Assembly: GCA_963844715.1 (NCBI GenBank)
Contig: CAWJPJ010000006.1
Location: 640,001-704,000, forward strand
From: an uncultured Phycisphaerales bacterium
GTDB lineage: Bacteria > Planctomycetota > Phycisphaerae > Tepidisphaerales > Tepidisphaeraceae
Reading direction: 5' to 3'
DNA length: 64,000 nt
The translations under genes were made by a program, and so were the position numbers. Below, piece after piece: positions 10,691 to 18,739 of the stretch; within the stretch, counting starts at the first letter, position 1; each line of letters starts with the position of its first letter. A model generated the notes under the pieces. It was given only the letters and a program-made list of their open reading frames with translations. It searched no databases and had not been told where the DNA came from.

Positions 10691-11743
10691 TTAGTGATTG
10701 GCAGTCGGATCCCAGCCGCCGAGGACCTCCGTGATGGTCGTCGCGGCGGCTTCTTCATCCGTCAATTGCCTGGACCACGGAACGCGTTTGTCCGGGTTTG
10801 CGCCGGGGCCGATGCTTTTATATTCGGCGTATCTGACGGTGTGAATTCTTTGCGGAACGCTCTTCCACGGTGACCAGCCGGCGGGGTTGATCTGCGGGCC
10901 CATCCAGCAATTCATATAAATCGCCGCGGCAAAGTCGCGCCAAGGGCGGCCCAGATAAACTGAGCCGTCTTTCACGTCGTCGGCAGCCGTGAGCTTGCAG
11001 TTCATGAAGACGTACCCGTATTCGGCGGTCTTCAGTGTTGAACCCGCGGTGAGATAGCCCGCGTGTTTGGAGTGAATTTCGCAGTCTTGGAAGACGGCCG
11101 TCGAATTTCCGAAGATGAAATCTACCGTTCCCTCGATGTAGCAATTTTCGAAGTAGAGGCGGTTGGTCCATGAAGCCGTGGGGGCCACGGTGGTCGCGGG
11201 GCCGTGGGTGCCGGGGATAGAGGGCCGGGTATCGCCCTGCGTGAGAGGGGGCGGCCCGCCGTTGGTGAAGAGAGTGTCCACCAAGCCGACGAATCGGCAC
11301 CGGCGGAAAATGTCGCGATCCCCTTCGGCCGCAATCGCCACGGCCTGCGAAGAATTTGGCGGCGTGGAATTCGCGAAGGTCAGATCATCCGCTTCAAATT
11401 CCGCCGAGCGAATGGTCGTGCTCGCGCTCCGCGCCGTACCGATGGGAATGCCATTGGGGCCGGCGGTGTTGTGCTGGAGATTGAAGACCAGCACGGTCGC
11501 GGCGGCGTCATCCCCGTACATTCGAATCGGCGGCTTGTCGTAAGCGACGGTAATGTGCTCCGTGTAGGTGCCCGGCTTCACGTGAATCACCACCGGCTTG
11601 GGCCCGGCGGGGATGGAATCGATTGCCTGTTGAATGGATGTGAATTTTCCAGTGCCGTCCGCGGCGACTGTGATGGTTTCAGTCGACGAACAGGCCGAGA
11701 GAAAAAGAAAAAGCAAAGCCGAGAGCCCGCCCAGGCGTTTCAT
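10691..11743 (-). CDS. Pectinesterase (CE8) family lipoprotein, paralog 1
   Basis: Lipobox LSAC; VAADGTG.F..IQ.AID, KPGTY.E, QAVA, DTLF, EGTVDFIFG, YLGRPW; start placed at ATG 11743. Confidence 0.9.
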   Translation of the reverse strand: MKRLGGLSALLFLFLSACSSTETITVAADGTGKFTSIQQAIDSIPAGPKPVVIHVKPGTYTEHITVAYDKPPIRMYGDDAAATVLVFNLQHNTAGPNGIPIGTARSASTTIRSAEFEADDLTFANSTPPNSSQAVAIAAEGDRDIFRRCRFVGLVDTLFTNGGPPPLTQGDTRPSIPGTHGPATTVAPTASWTNRLYFENCYIEGTVDFIFGNSTAVFQDCEIHSKHAGYLTAGSTLKTAEYGYVFMNCKLTAADDVKDGSVYLGRPWRDFAAAIYMNCWMGPQINPAGWSPWKSVPQRIHTVRYAEYKSIGPGANPDKRVPWSRQLTDEEAAATTITEVLGGWDPTANH

Positions 11744-11810
11744 CGATACAGCGCGCGACGCTGTCTCGAGGGCGTACCGCCGCGTGTTGCCCCGCGGCTC
11801 CCGGTTTTTT

Positions 11811-11932
11811 TCCCCTCTCCCCATGTACTCATGGGGAGAGGGCCAGGGTGAGGGGCGATTTTTTTTGGAGCGTCGAATCCCGCCCCTCACCCCAACCCGC
11901 CGTGCCGGAACTAAAGGAGTGGGCGAGGGGAT
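11811..11932. repeat. REP-like composite palindrome, copy 2 (inverted relative to 7036-7153)
   Basis: CCCCTCTCCCCATGTACTCATGGGGAGAGGG and GGGTGAGGGGCG...CGCCCCTCACCC; shared GTTCCGGCACGG spacer. Confidence 0.85.
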
Positions 11933-11973
11933 TAATGCTGTGCATCCATTAACGATTTCCCGTCCGGATAGAC

Positions 11974-13110
11974 TCATTGCGCACTCGCACCCGACGGACT
12001 TGAGGAGGGATTCCAATGGTCCTCGCCGCCGAGCACCGCGGGAATGGTGATCGCCGCCGCCTCATCGGCAGTCAGCTGCTTCGACCATTTCACGCGCTTG
12101 TCCGGGATTGCGCCCGGGCCGGTGCTGCCATACTCGGCGTAGCGAACCGTATAAATGCGATTCGGTGCGGACTTCCAGGGGAACCAGCCGTCGGGGCTGA
12201 TTTGCGGGCCCATCCAGCAATTCAAATAAACGACGTTGGCATATTGGCGCCACGGGCGCCCGAGATAGACGGAGCCGTCCTTCACATCGGGCGAGGCGGT
12301 CAATTTGCAGTCTATGAAAACGTACCCGAAGGGCACGCCGCGCACCGTGGAGGCCGCCGTGAGATAGCCGTGGCGCTTGCTGTGGATCTCGCAGCGGTTG
12401 AAGACGGCAGTCGAGTTGCCGAAGATGAAATCGACCCCGCCCTCGATGTAGGAATCTTCGAAATAGAGACGATTGGCGGGGGCAGCCGGTGCAACGGGAG
12501 CCGTGGCGGCCGGCGCACCCCCGGCCGGGATGGGGGCCTCGGCGCCGGGCGACGATCTGCCGTTGGTGTAGATCGTGTCCTGCCACCCCAGGAATCGGCA
12601 GCGGCGATAAATCTGCCTGTCGCCCAGACACGAAATCGCCAGGGCCTGTGAAATGTCCCGAGGAGTGGAATTGGCGAAGGTGACTTCATCCGCCTCGAAA
12701 TCATCGGCATAAGCCACGACGCTGGCGGTTTTAAAGGTTCCGATTTTCTTTCCATCCGGCCCGAGCTTATTCGCCTGGAGATCGAAGGTCAGGATCGTCG
12801 TCTGCGCGTCGTCGCCGTAAACGCGAATCGGCGGTTTATCGCGCGTGATGGTGATGTGCTCGGTGTAGGTGCCGGGCTTGACGTGAATCGTCGCCGGAGC
12901 GGAGCCGGGCATGATGGAATCGATCGCGGCCTGGACCGTCTTAAATTGTCCGGTCCCGTCGGCGGCAACGACGATTTCCGGCGCCGGCTTGGGCACGTTG
13001 CTCACGTTGCTATTGCTGGCGCCGGTGCTGTTGCTGTTGCTGGCACACCCGACCGCGCCAACGATCCAAATCGCGGCGACGCTGCAAACGGCAAGGGTTC
13101 TACCTCTCAT
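11974..13110 (-). CDS. Pectinesterase (CE8) family lipoprotein, paralog 2
   Basis: Lipobox AVGC; FLGWQDTIY, EGGVDFIFG, YLGRPW, YAEYGSTGPGA; start placed at ATG 13110. Confidence 0.92.
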   Translation of the reverse strand: MRGRTLAVCSVAAIWIVGAVGCASNSNSTGASNSNVSNVPKPAPEIVVAADGTGQFKTVQAAIDSIMPGSAPATIHVKPGTYTEHITITRDKPPIRVYGDDAQTTILTFDLQANKLGPDGKKIGTFKTASVVAYADDFEADEVTFANSTPRDISQALAISCLGDRQIYRRCRFLGWQDTIYTNGRSSPGAEAPIPAGGAPAATAPVAPAAPANRLYFEDSYIEGGVDFIFGNSTAVFNRCEIHSKRHGYLTAASTVRGVPFGYVFIDCKLTASPDVKDGSVYLGRPWRQYANVVYLNCWMGPQISPDGWFPWKSAPNRIYTVRYAEYGSTGPGAIPDKRVKWSKQLTADEAAAITIPAVLGGEDHWNPSSSPSGASAQ

Positions 13111-13227
13111 CAATCGATCCTCCTCGTGGGAGGAATGATAGCTTTGACGGGCGTGAGCCGGTAGGCCTGATGTCGATGATCCTCTTGCACTTTTGGCCGG
13201 GAGGATTGCAACAGTAAGATACCCCCC

Positions 13228-15417
13228 ATGCCTCGAACCGCGACCGCGTTTGCTCTCATCCTGCTGTTTCCCGTCTTTGCCCTGGCCGATGTGAATTCGA
13301 TCGGAATGAACTTGACCCAGGTTCCGGCGGACACATTTCTGATGGGCTCGGACAAACCCGGGACATTCTGGGACGAACAGCCGGTGCATCGGGTGACGAT
13401 CTCCCAAAGCTTCTATGTTTCCGATCTGGTGACGATTGACCAATATCGGAAATTCAAGCCGGACGCGGCGCTCAATAACGCCTGCGCGCCCTACGCGGCG
13501 GGGATGAGCTGGTACGACGCGACGGCGTTTTGCGCGTGGCTTTCGAAAGTGGAGAAGAAACCTTATCGGCTGCCGACCGAAGCGGAATGGGAATACGCTT
13601 GCCGCGCGAACCCCGGGATGATCGGGTTTTCGCAGTGGTGCCAGGATGGGTACGGTCCCTATCCCTACGAGGATCAGATCGACCCGGTGGGTTATGCGGA
13701 CGGGCGCGTGAAAGTGATCCGCGGGGCGTATCTGGATGAGCCGAGCAAGTACAGCAATCCCAAGGATTATTTGAATCCGTTTTCGCGGGAAGGGATGCCG
13801 CCAAATTTTGGGCCGATTGGGCCGTTCGGATTGCATCGCATCGGGTTCCGCGTGGTCCAGGCTGATCCACCGGCGGGAAATCCTCTCCCTTTTATTCCCC
13901 CCTACGCCCGGCAAGGGGTGAAGCAGACCGCGGACTTCGTCGCGCTCGGGCCCGACCCCAGTAAACCTTACTTCCGCAAACGGCGGATGCTGCCTATCCC
14001 GCCGGAGGACAGTTCGGATGAACTGATTCGTCACGCGGGGCTCGATCCATCGTTTCGGCATCACAATCACAGCCCAGGCTTGGAGATTCTTCCCAATGGG
14101 GACGTTCTCCTGATCATTTACACCTCTCACAACGAATACGAACCGGAGGTGAGCCTGATCGCATCCCGGCTGCGCTTCGGGGCCGACGAATGGGACTTCC
14201 CCAGTCCCATGTTCGACACGCCCGGCGCCAACGATCACGCCCCGCTGCTCTATAACGATCGCGGCACGCTCTATCTGTTTTGGGGCAATCCATACGCCTG
14301 GGGACATTTCCCGTTTAATTTTGTCACCAGCGTGGATAACGGCGCGGATTGGTCGGGCGTGAAATATCCCGAGGTTGTAGGGCCGATCGGGAACCTCGGG
14401 CGGCCGCAGCCGATTAATACGGTGATTCGCGATTCGATCGGCACGATGTATGTCCCGTCGGATAACGAAGGGGCGCACGCGCTTCTCTGGGCAACCGACG
14501 ATAACGGAAAAACCTCGCGCGATACGGAGGGCAGAACCGGCGGACGGCATACGACGTTCGTCATGCTCAAAGACGGCACGATTCTGGGACTCGGCGGAAA
14601 GGACTCGGATATCAACGGCTATATGCCGGAGTCGGTGTCACATGATGGCGGGAAGAACTACGAGATTTCCGCATCGCCGTTCCACGCCCTGCGGAGCGCG
14701 CAGCGGCCCTGCGTGATTCGGCTTCACAGTGGACGCATTCTCATGGCCGGAGATTGGCGGGCCAGCAAAGGCCCGGCGGCCACGCGATTTTCCGAAAACG
14801 GCTGCTACGTCGCCCTCTCCGACGACGAAGGAAAAACCTGGCATTTCAAAACCCTCCCCGGCACCCAGGCCGGCAAGCATGGCTCGGACACACTCGGCTA
14901 CTGCGTGGCCCGCCAAGCCCCAAATGGGGACATTCACCTTATTACAACTCTCACCCACCCGGCACTCGATCTCGAATTCAACGAGGCATGGATTCTCAGC
15001 GACGATACGGAGACGGACGAATCGAAAATCACGGCCAACTCAGCTACGGCAATTCACGACGTCCGCGATTACCGCGAGGATTACCCCGACGGGTCGCCAC
15101 GAATTACCTGGAGCGCGGGGATCGGGAACGATGGCAGATATCTGCTGGAGGGACCGGAAACGTGGTATTACCCCTCCGGCGTCTTCCAGCGGCAAGCCGC
15201 CTATCACCTCGGCAAAAAAGTCGACACCGAAAATTACTTTTCGCCTGACGGCATCCCCGTCTGGCAATGGGAATACAACGCGGACGGCACGGCCGATTAT
15301 TCGACTTGGTATCCCAACGGAAACCTGCGATCGCAATCAAAGTGGAAGGATATGGAAATGATTCCCAAGAGCGATCGGTTTTATGAATACCCCGGAAAGT
15401 TGTCCGTGGAGCCGTAG
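13228..15417 (+). CDS. Secreted multidomain protein: FGE-sulfatase (SUMF1-like) domain + BNR/Asp-box (sialidase-like) propeller + MORN-like repeats
   Basis: Signal peptide; FLMGS, EQPVHRV, YRLPTEAEWEYACRA, IGFRVV; Asp boxes SVDNGADW, TDDNGKT, SHDGGKNY, SDDEGKTW; C-terminal WYYPSG/WYPNG repeats. Confidence 0.82.
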   Translation: MPRTATAFALILLFPVFALADVNSIGMNLTQVPADTFLMGSDKPGTFWDEQPVHRVTISQSFYVSDLVTIDQYRKFKPDAALNNACAPYAAGMSWYDATAFCAWLSKVEKKPYRLPTEAEWEYACRANPGMIGFSQWCQDGYGPYPYEDQIDPVGYADGRVKVIRGAYLDEPSKYSNPKDYLNPFSREGMPPNFGPIGPFGLHRIGFRVVQADPPAGNPLPFIPPYARQGVKQTADFVALGPDPSKPYFRKRRMLPIPPEDSSDELIRHAGLDPSFRHHNHSPGLEILPNGDVLLIIYTSHNEYEPEVSLIASRLRFGADEWDFPSPMFDTPGANDHAPLLYNDRGTLYLFWGNPYAWGHFPFNFVTSVDNGADWSGVKYPEVVGPIGNLGRPQPINTVIRDSIGTMYVPSDNEGAHALLWATDDNGKTSRDTEGRTGGRHTTFVMLKDGTILGLGGKDSDINGYMPESVSHDGGKNYEISASPFHALRSAQRPCVIRLHSGRILMAGDWRASKGPAATRFSENGCYVALSDDEGKTWHFKTLPGTQAGKHGSDTLGYCVARQAPNGDIHLITTLTHPALDLEFNEAWILSDDTETDESKITANSATAIHDVRDYREDYPDGSPRITWSAGIGNDGRYLLEGPETWYYPSGVFQRQAAYHLGKKVDTENYFSPDGIPVWQWEYNADGTADYSTWYPNGNLRSQSKWKDMEMIPKSDRFYEYPGKLSVEP

Positions 15418-15422
15418 CCATC

Positions 15423-15785
15423 TCAAATGTTCTGGATCGCAGCGAAACAAGCGCCGACCAGCAATATTCCGGCGAACAATCCCGCAAATAGGCCCAGAAC
15501 GAATGGAACCATACCGCGGCGATTAGCGCTAATAGCCAGGAGGAGCAAAACTATCACCAGGGACCCAAAGAAGACGAGGACAAGCGCCCCCGGAACGGAA
15601 TTGGTGGCCGATGCCATAAACAGCACCGCGACGCCGACCACTATCGCGCCGACGACCAATCCAGCCATAAACTGCGCTGCGAGTCGACAGCCGCCGGGCG
15701 GTGCGCCTTCCTCGCCCACGTTGGACCGTTTCGTCCCGTAGCCTAAGAGAATCGGCTGGCGATGTTCGGGCGGCTTTTCGTCCAT
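15423..15785 (-). CDS. Small membrane protein, paralog 1 of 3 (MDEKPP..LGYG; C-terminal PFVLGL...LLVGACF)
   Basis: 120 aa, about three hydrophobic segments; shares motifs with the two adjacent genes. Confidence 0.75.
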   Translation of the reverse strand: MDEKPPEHRQPILLGYGTKRSNVGEEGAPPGGCRLAAQFMAGLVVGAIVVGVAVLFMASATNSVPGALVLVFFGSLVIVLLLLAISANRRGMVPFVLGLFAGLFAGILLVGACFAAIQNI

Positions 15786-15809
15786 GTCTCGGCCTTGGGG
15801 GCTAGCGCG

Positions 15810-16133
15810 TCACCGTCCAATCCTCAGAGGTGCGATGAAGCAGACTCCTTGAAGCAGGAGCCCCAGACACATTCCGCAAAGCAGGCCTTGAGTAAACGGT
15901 GCAATCTTGCGGCGCGACCGGACCATCCAGACGATGAAACCCACGACGGCGACCCCAATTAATCCGAGTACAATCCAACCGACCAGGAGCGAGCCGGTTC
16001 CCCCGGCGGAGAAGCTGGCTACGCAGATGACCGCCACGAACCCGCAAAAGACGCCGCCAAGGCCCGTCGCAAGGGAGAGGCATCCGCTCGGGTCAGGCAT
16101 GCCATAATCGAGAACCGGCGGTTTTTCGTCCAT
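15810..16133 (-). CDS. Small membrane protein, paralog 2 of 3 (MDEKPPVLDYG; C-terminal PFTQGL...LLQGVCF)
   Basis: 107 aa; same N-terminal hexapeptide as paralog 1; Cys-rich TM segments. Confidence 0.75.
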   Translation of the reverse strand: MDEKPPVLDYGMPDPSGCLSLATGLGGVFCGFVAVICVASFSAGGTGSLLVGWIVLGLIGVAVVGFIVWMVRSRRKIAPFTQGLLCGMCLGLLLQGVCFIAPLRIGR

Positions 16134-16150
16134 GAGTTTTCCCCAGCGCC

Positions 16151-16484
16151 TTAAATATTACTGTTGGAAAGAGCGACGAAGCAGACACCTATCAAAAGAA
16201 TCGGGACGAAAACCGCTCCCGTCAAAAGGCCCAAATAGAAAGGTCCGAGTCGCCGGCGCGCTGCGCGTGATCCAGAAATTAATCAGAATCGCCGCGGCCA
16301 GTACCGGAACAAGAACCCACAGCGGATTGCCTACCACCCCAGCAAGGATGAAGAACGCACCGGCTATCCCGCCGGCTCCCAGGAAGGCGCCCGCGAAGAA
16401 AGGACCAACCGCGCCGCCCTGCCGCGGCACCGGAACGACCGCATAATCAAGCGTGGGCGGTAGCGGCGGCTCTTCGTCATCCAC
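16151..16484 (-). CDS. Small membrane protein, paralog 3 of 3 (MDDEEPP..LDYA); frameshift near 16245, corrected C-terminus PFYLGLLTGAVFVPILLIGVCFVALSNSNI
   Basis: GTG start overlaps the radical SAM stop; the alternative frame restores the shared PFxxGL...GVCF motif and ends at TAA 16151. Confidence 0.7.
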
Positions 16485-17926
16485 GATTCTCTCCCCCGAT
16501 CGAAATCGGCGTCAGCCGATCCCGCATTCCATCGTGCATGGCCTGCAATTCCGCGAGACGGCCGCTCTTTCCGTCGCGGTAAAACAAATTGTACGTGTCA
16601 AAGGGGATGATCCGCCCGTCCGGGTGGGCGATGTGGACGCAGGTTTTCTTGACGCCTGCGCACATCAAAATTCCAGGCGTCCAGAAACTGCATGATGATG
16701 ATCCGAAAAATGTTGTCGTAAGTAACGGCCGAGGGAGCGGCGACCTGAGGGAGGCAGCACAAAAGCTGGCGCAACGACAATTCCGAACTCTGCGGGGAGG
16801 CGGCAGTGGAAAACAATTTGAAAAGTTCGGCGCGAAGGCGCGGATCGCGCTCGTAGACGATGGTGTTGCCTTCCCCGTGAAGCAGGACTTTGGGATCGAT
16901 CAGACCGGTGAGGGGAACCACCGAGCCGTTGATCTTCAGAGCGTAAGCCATAGCCAGACAATCGGGGTGGCACGGAACCGGGATCACGTCGGCGGGCTTG
17001 AAGACTGAGGATTGGGAGAGGATGTTCTGGCGAATTTCGCCGAGAGTGAGGCGGTCTTTTTCGGGGTCGAAAGCTTCCAACCGGCCGGCGATTTGAATCG
17101 GCTGAAACGTGATGCCACGGACGCACTTTTGCTTCAGGGCGAAGTCGATGAGGTCGCCGATCTCGTCGTCGTTCAATCCCTTTTTTAGAGTGACGACGAG
17201 GGTGGTGGAAATATTGTGCTCATTGAGGCGATCGAGGGCGCGGCGGCGGACGTCGGACAAATCGCTTCCGCGCAGAACGCGCAATGGGTCCGGGCGCTGG
17301 GAATCCCACTGCAAATAAACCTCGAAACCCGGCATGTAATCCTTCAGGCGGCGCGCGAAATCCGCATCGGAGGCGATCTTCACGCCGTTCGTGTTCACCA
17401 TCAGATGCTTGATGGGGCGGGCCCTTGCGGCATCGAGGACGGCAAAAAAGTCCGGATGAATCGTCGGCTCCCCGCCGCTGATTTGGACAACGTCGGGCTT
17501 GCCTTCGTTACGCACGACGCAATCAAGCATGAACTCGATCTGTTGCATGCTCCGATGCTCAAGCCGATGCGGCGAGGATTCGCTGTAGCAGACGGGGCAG
17601 GTGAGATTGCACTGGTCGGTGATCTCAACGAGCGTGAGGCAGCTGTGCTGCTCGTGATCGGGGCACAATCCGCAATCGTACGGGCAGCCATAGCGGATCG
17701 GGGTGTTGAACTTGAGCGGCATCTGTCCGGGTTTGAGAGTCTGGCGCGAGAGCTTGTAATATTCCGCATCGGTTGAAATCAGCACCCGCTGATATTTGTG
17801 CTGGGGGCACCATTTCTGGAGATAGACCCGGTCGTCCTGAATGATGACCTTGGCCTCGACGCGCCGCAGGCAGGTCGAGCAAATGCTGTTGGTCAATTCG
17901 TAAAAGAGATAGGGGCGATCAGGCAT
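16477..17926 (-). CDS. Radical SAM enzyme of the Tes / MJ0619 (tetraether lipid synthase-like) family; frameshift near 16657
   Basis: N-terminal CSTC...CPQH, GCPYDCGLCPDHEQHSC, rSAM motif CNLTCPVC, SGGEPT, NTNG, PCHPDC, C-terminal KTCVH...DGRIIPFDTYN. Confidence 0.85.
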
Positions 17927-18680
17927 GAACCACCTCGGCGGGCTGACCGGCGGGCTTCCGTAAAAGATTACGCACAGCGCACGCAGCGGCGATGAAGCTG
18001 ACCATCTGAATCGGGCTTAACCCGAAGTATGTTTCGCGCGGCTTGATGAACTCAATCAGGAACCGCCAGGTGAAATAGGAGAAGACAAACCACTGAAACA
18101 TCCGGCCCGGGGTGCGCGGCTTTTGGAGGTAGAACAGAAACACGGCCATCATGACGATGCAGTAGCCGATTTCGTAAAGCTGAGTCGGGTGGCGTGGGAT
18201 GCCGTCGCCGAAATCGACGCCCCAGGGGAGAGACGTGGCAATGCCGTAGGTGTGATCGGGTAACCCCTCGAGAAAACAGCCGACCCGCCCGATGGCCAGG
18301 CCCAGCAGGATGGGGAAGACGAAGCGGTCGCCGGTGGATTGTTTGATGCCGGTAAAGTGTTTTGCGATTTCGACGCCGAGCCAACCGCCGGCGAGGCCGC
18401 CGACGATGGTTTTTCCGCCGAGCAAAAGTCGCGGCTGGTTATAGACGGGCCAGTAGGCGTGAATCGACTCGACAATGGCCAGGATCTTCGAGCCCAGCGC
18501 CGCTCCGGCAAGGCAGCCGACGATGATCCAGAGCCCGGTTTCATTGTTCAACCGCGGGCCGGGGAATTTTTTTCGCGTGATCGAAAAAAGAATCCCCCCG
18601 GCGATGTACCCGGCGGTTTCCATTACCTGATGCGCCTCGATGGCCACGCCGAACGGATGGAAGACAACCGGAAAAGTCAC
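17919..18680 (-). CDS. Prolipoprotein diacylglyceryl transferase-like protein (divergent Lgt paralog)
   Basis: Multi-TM; GGKTIVGG, IGRVGCFLEG, TSLPWG, RHPTQLYE, YFTWRFLIEF; 8-bp overlap with the rSAM start. Confidence 0.85.
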   Translation of the reverse strand: MTFPVVFHPFGVAIEAHQVMETAGYIAGGILFSITRKKFPGPRLNNETGLWIIVGCLAGAALGSKILAIVESIHAYWPVYNQPRLLLGGKTIVGGLAGGWLGVEIAKHFTGIKQSTGDRFVFPILLGLAIGRVGCFLEGLPDHTYGIATSLPWGVDFGDGIPRHPTQLYEIGYCIVMMAVFLFYLQKPRTPGRMFQWFVFSYFTWRFLIEFIKPRETYFGLSPIQMVSFIAAACAVRNLLRKPAGQPAEVVHA

Positions 18681-18739
18681 CTTTACCTCCCCGCAAGTTA
18701 GAATACTCTAACCGAAACGGGTTTGATATTCATTTTTAG

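Noticed and set aside
11974..14550. 858-aa ORF as one large pectinesterase fusion
   Set aside because: The N-terminal ~480 aa is the antisense shadow of the 13228..15417 gene; a lipoprotein signal starts at 13110
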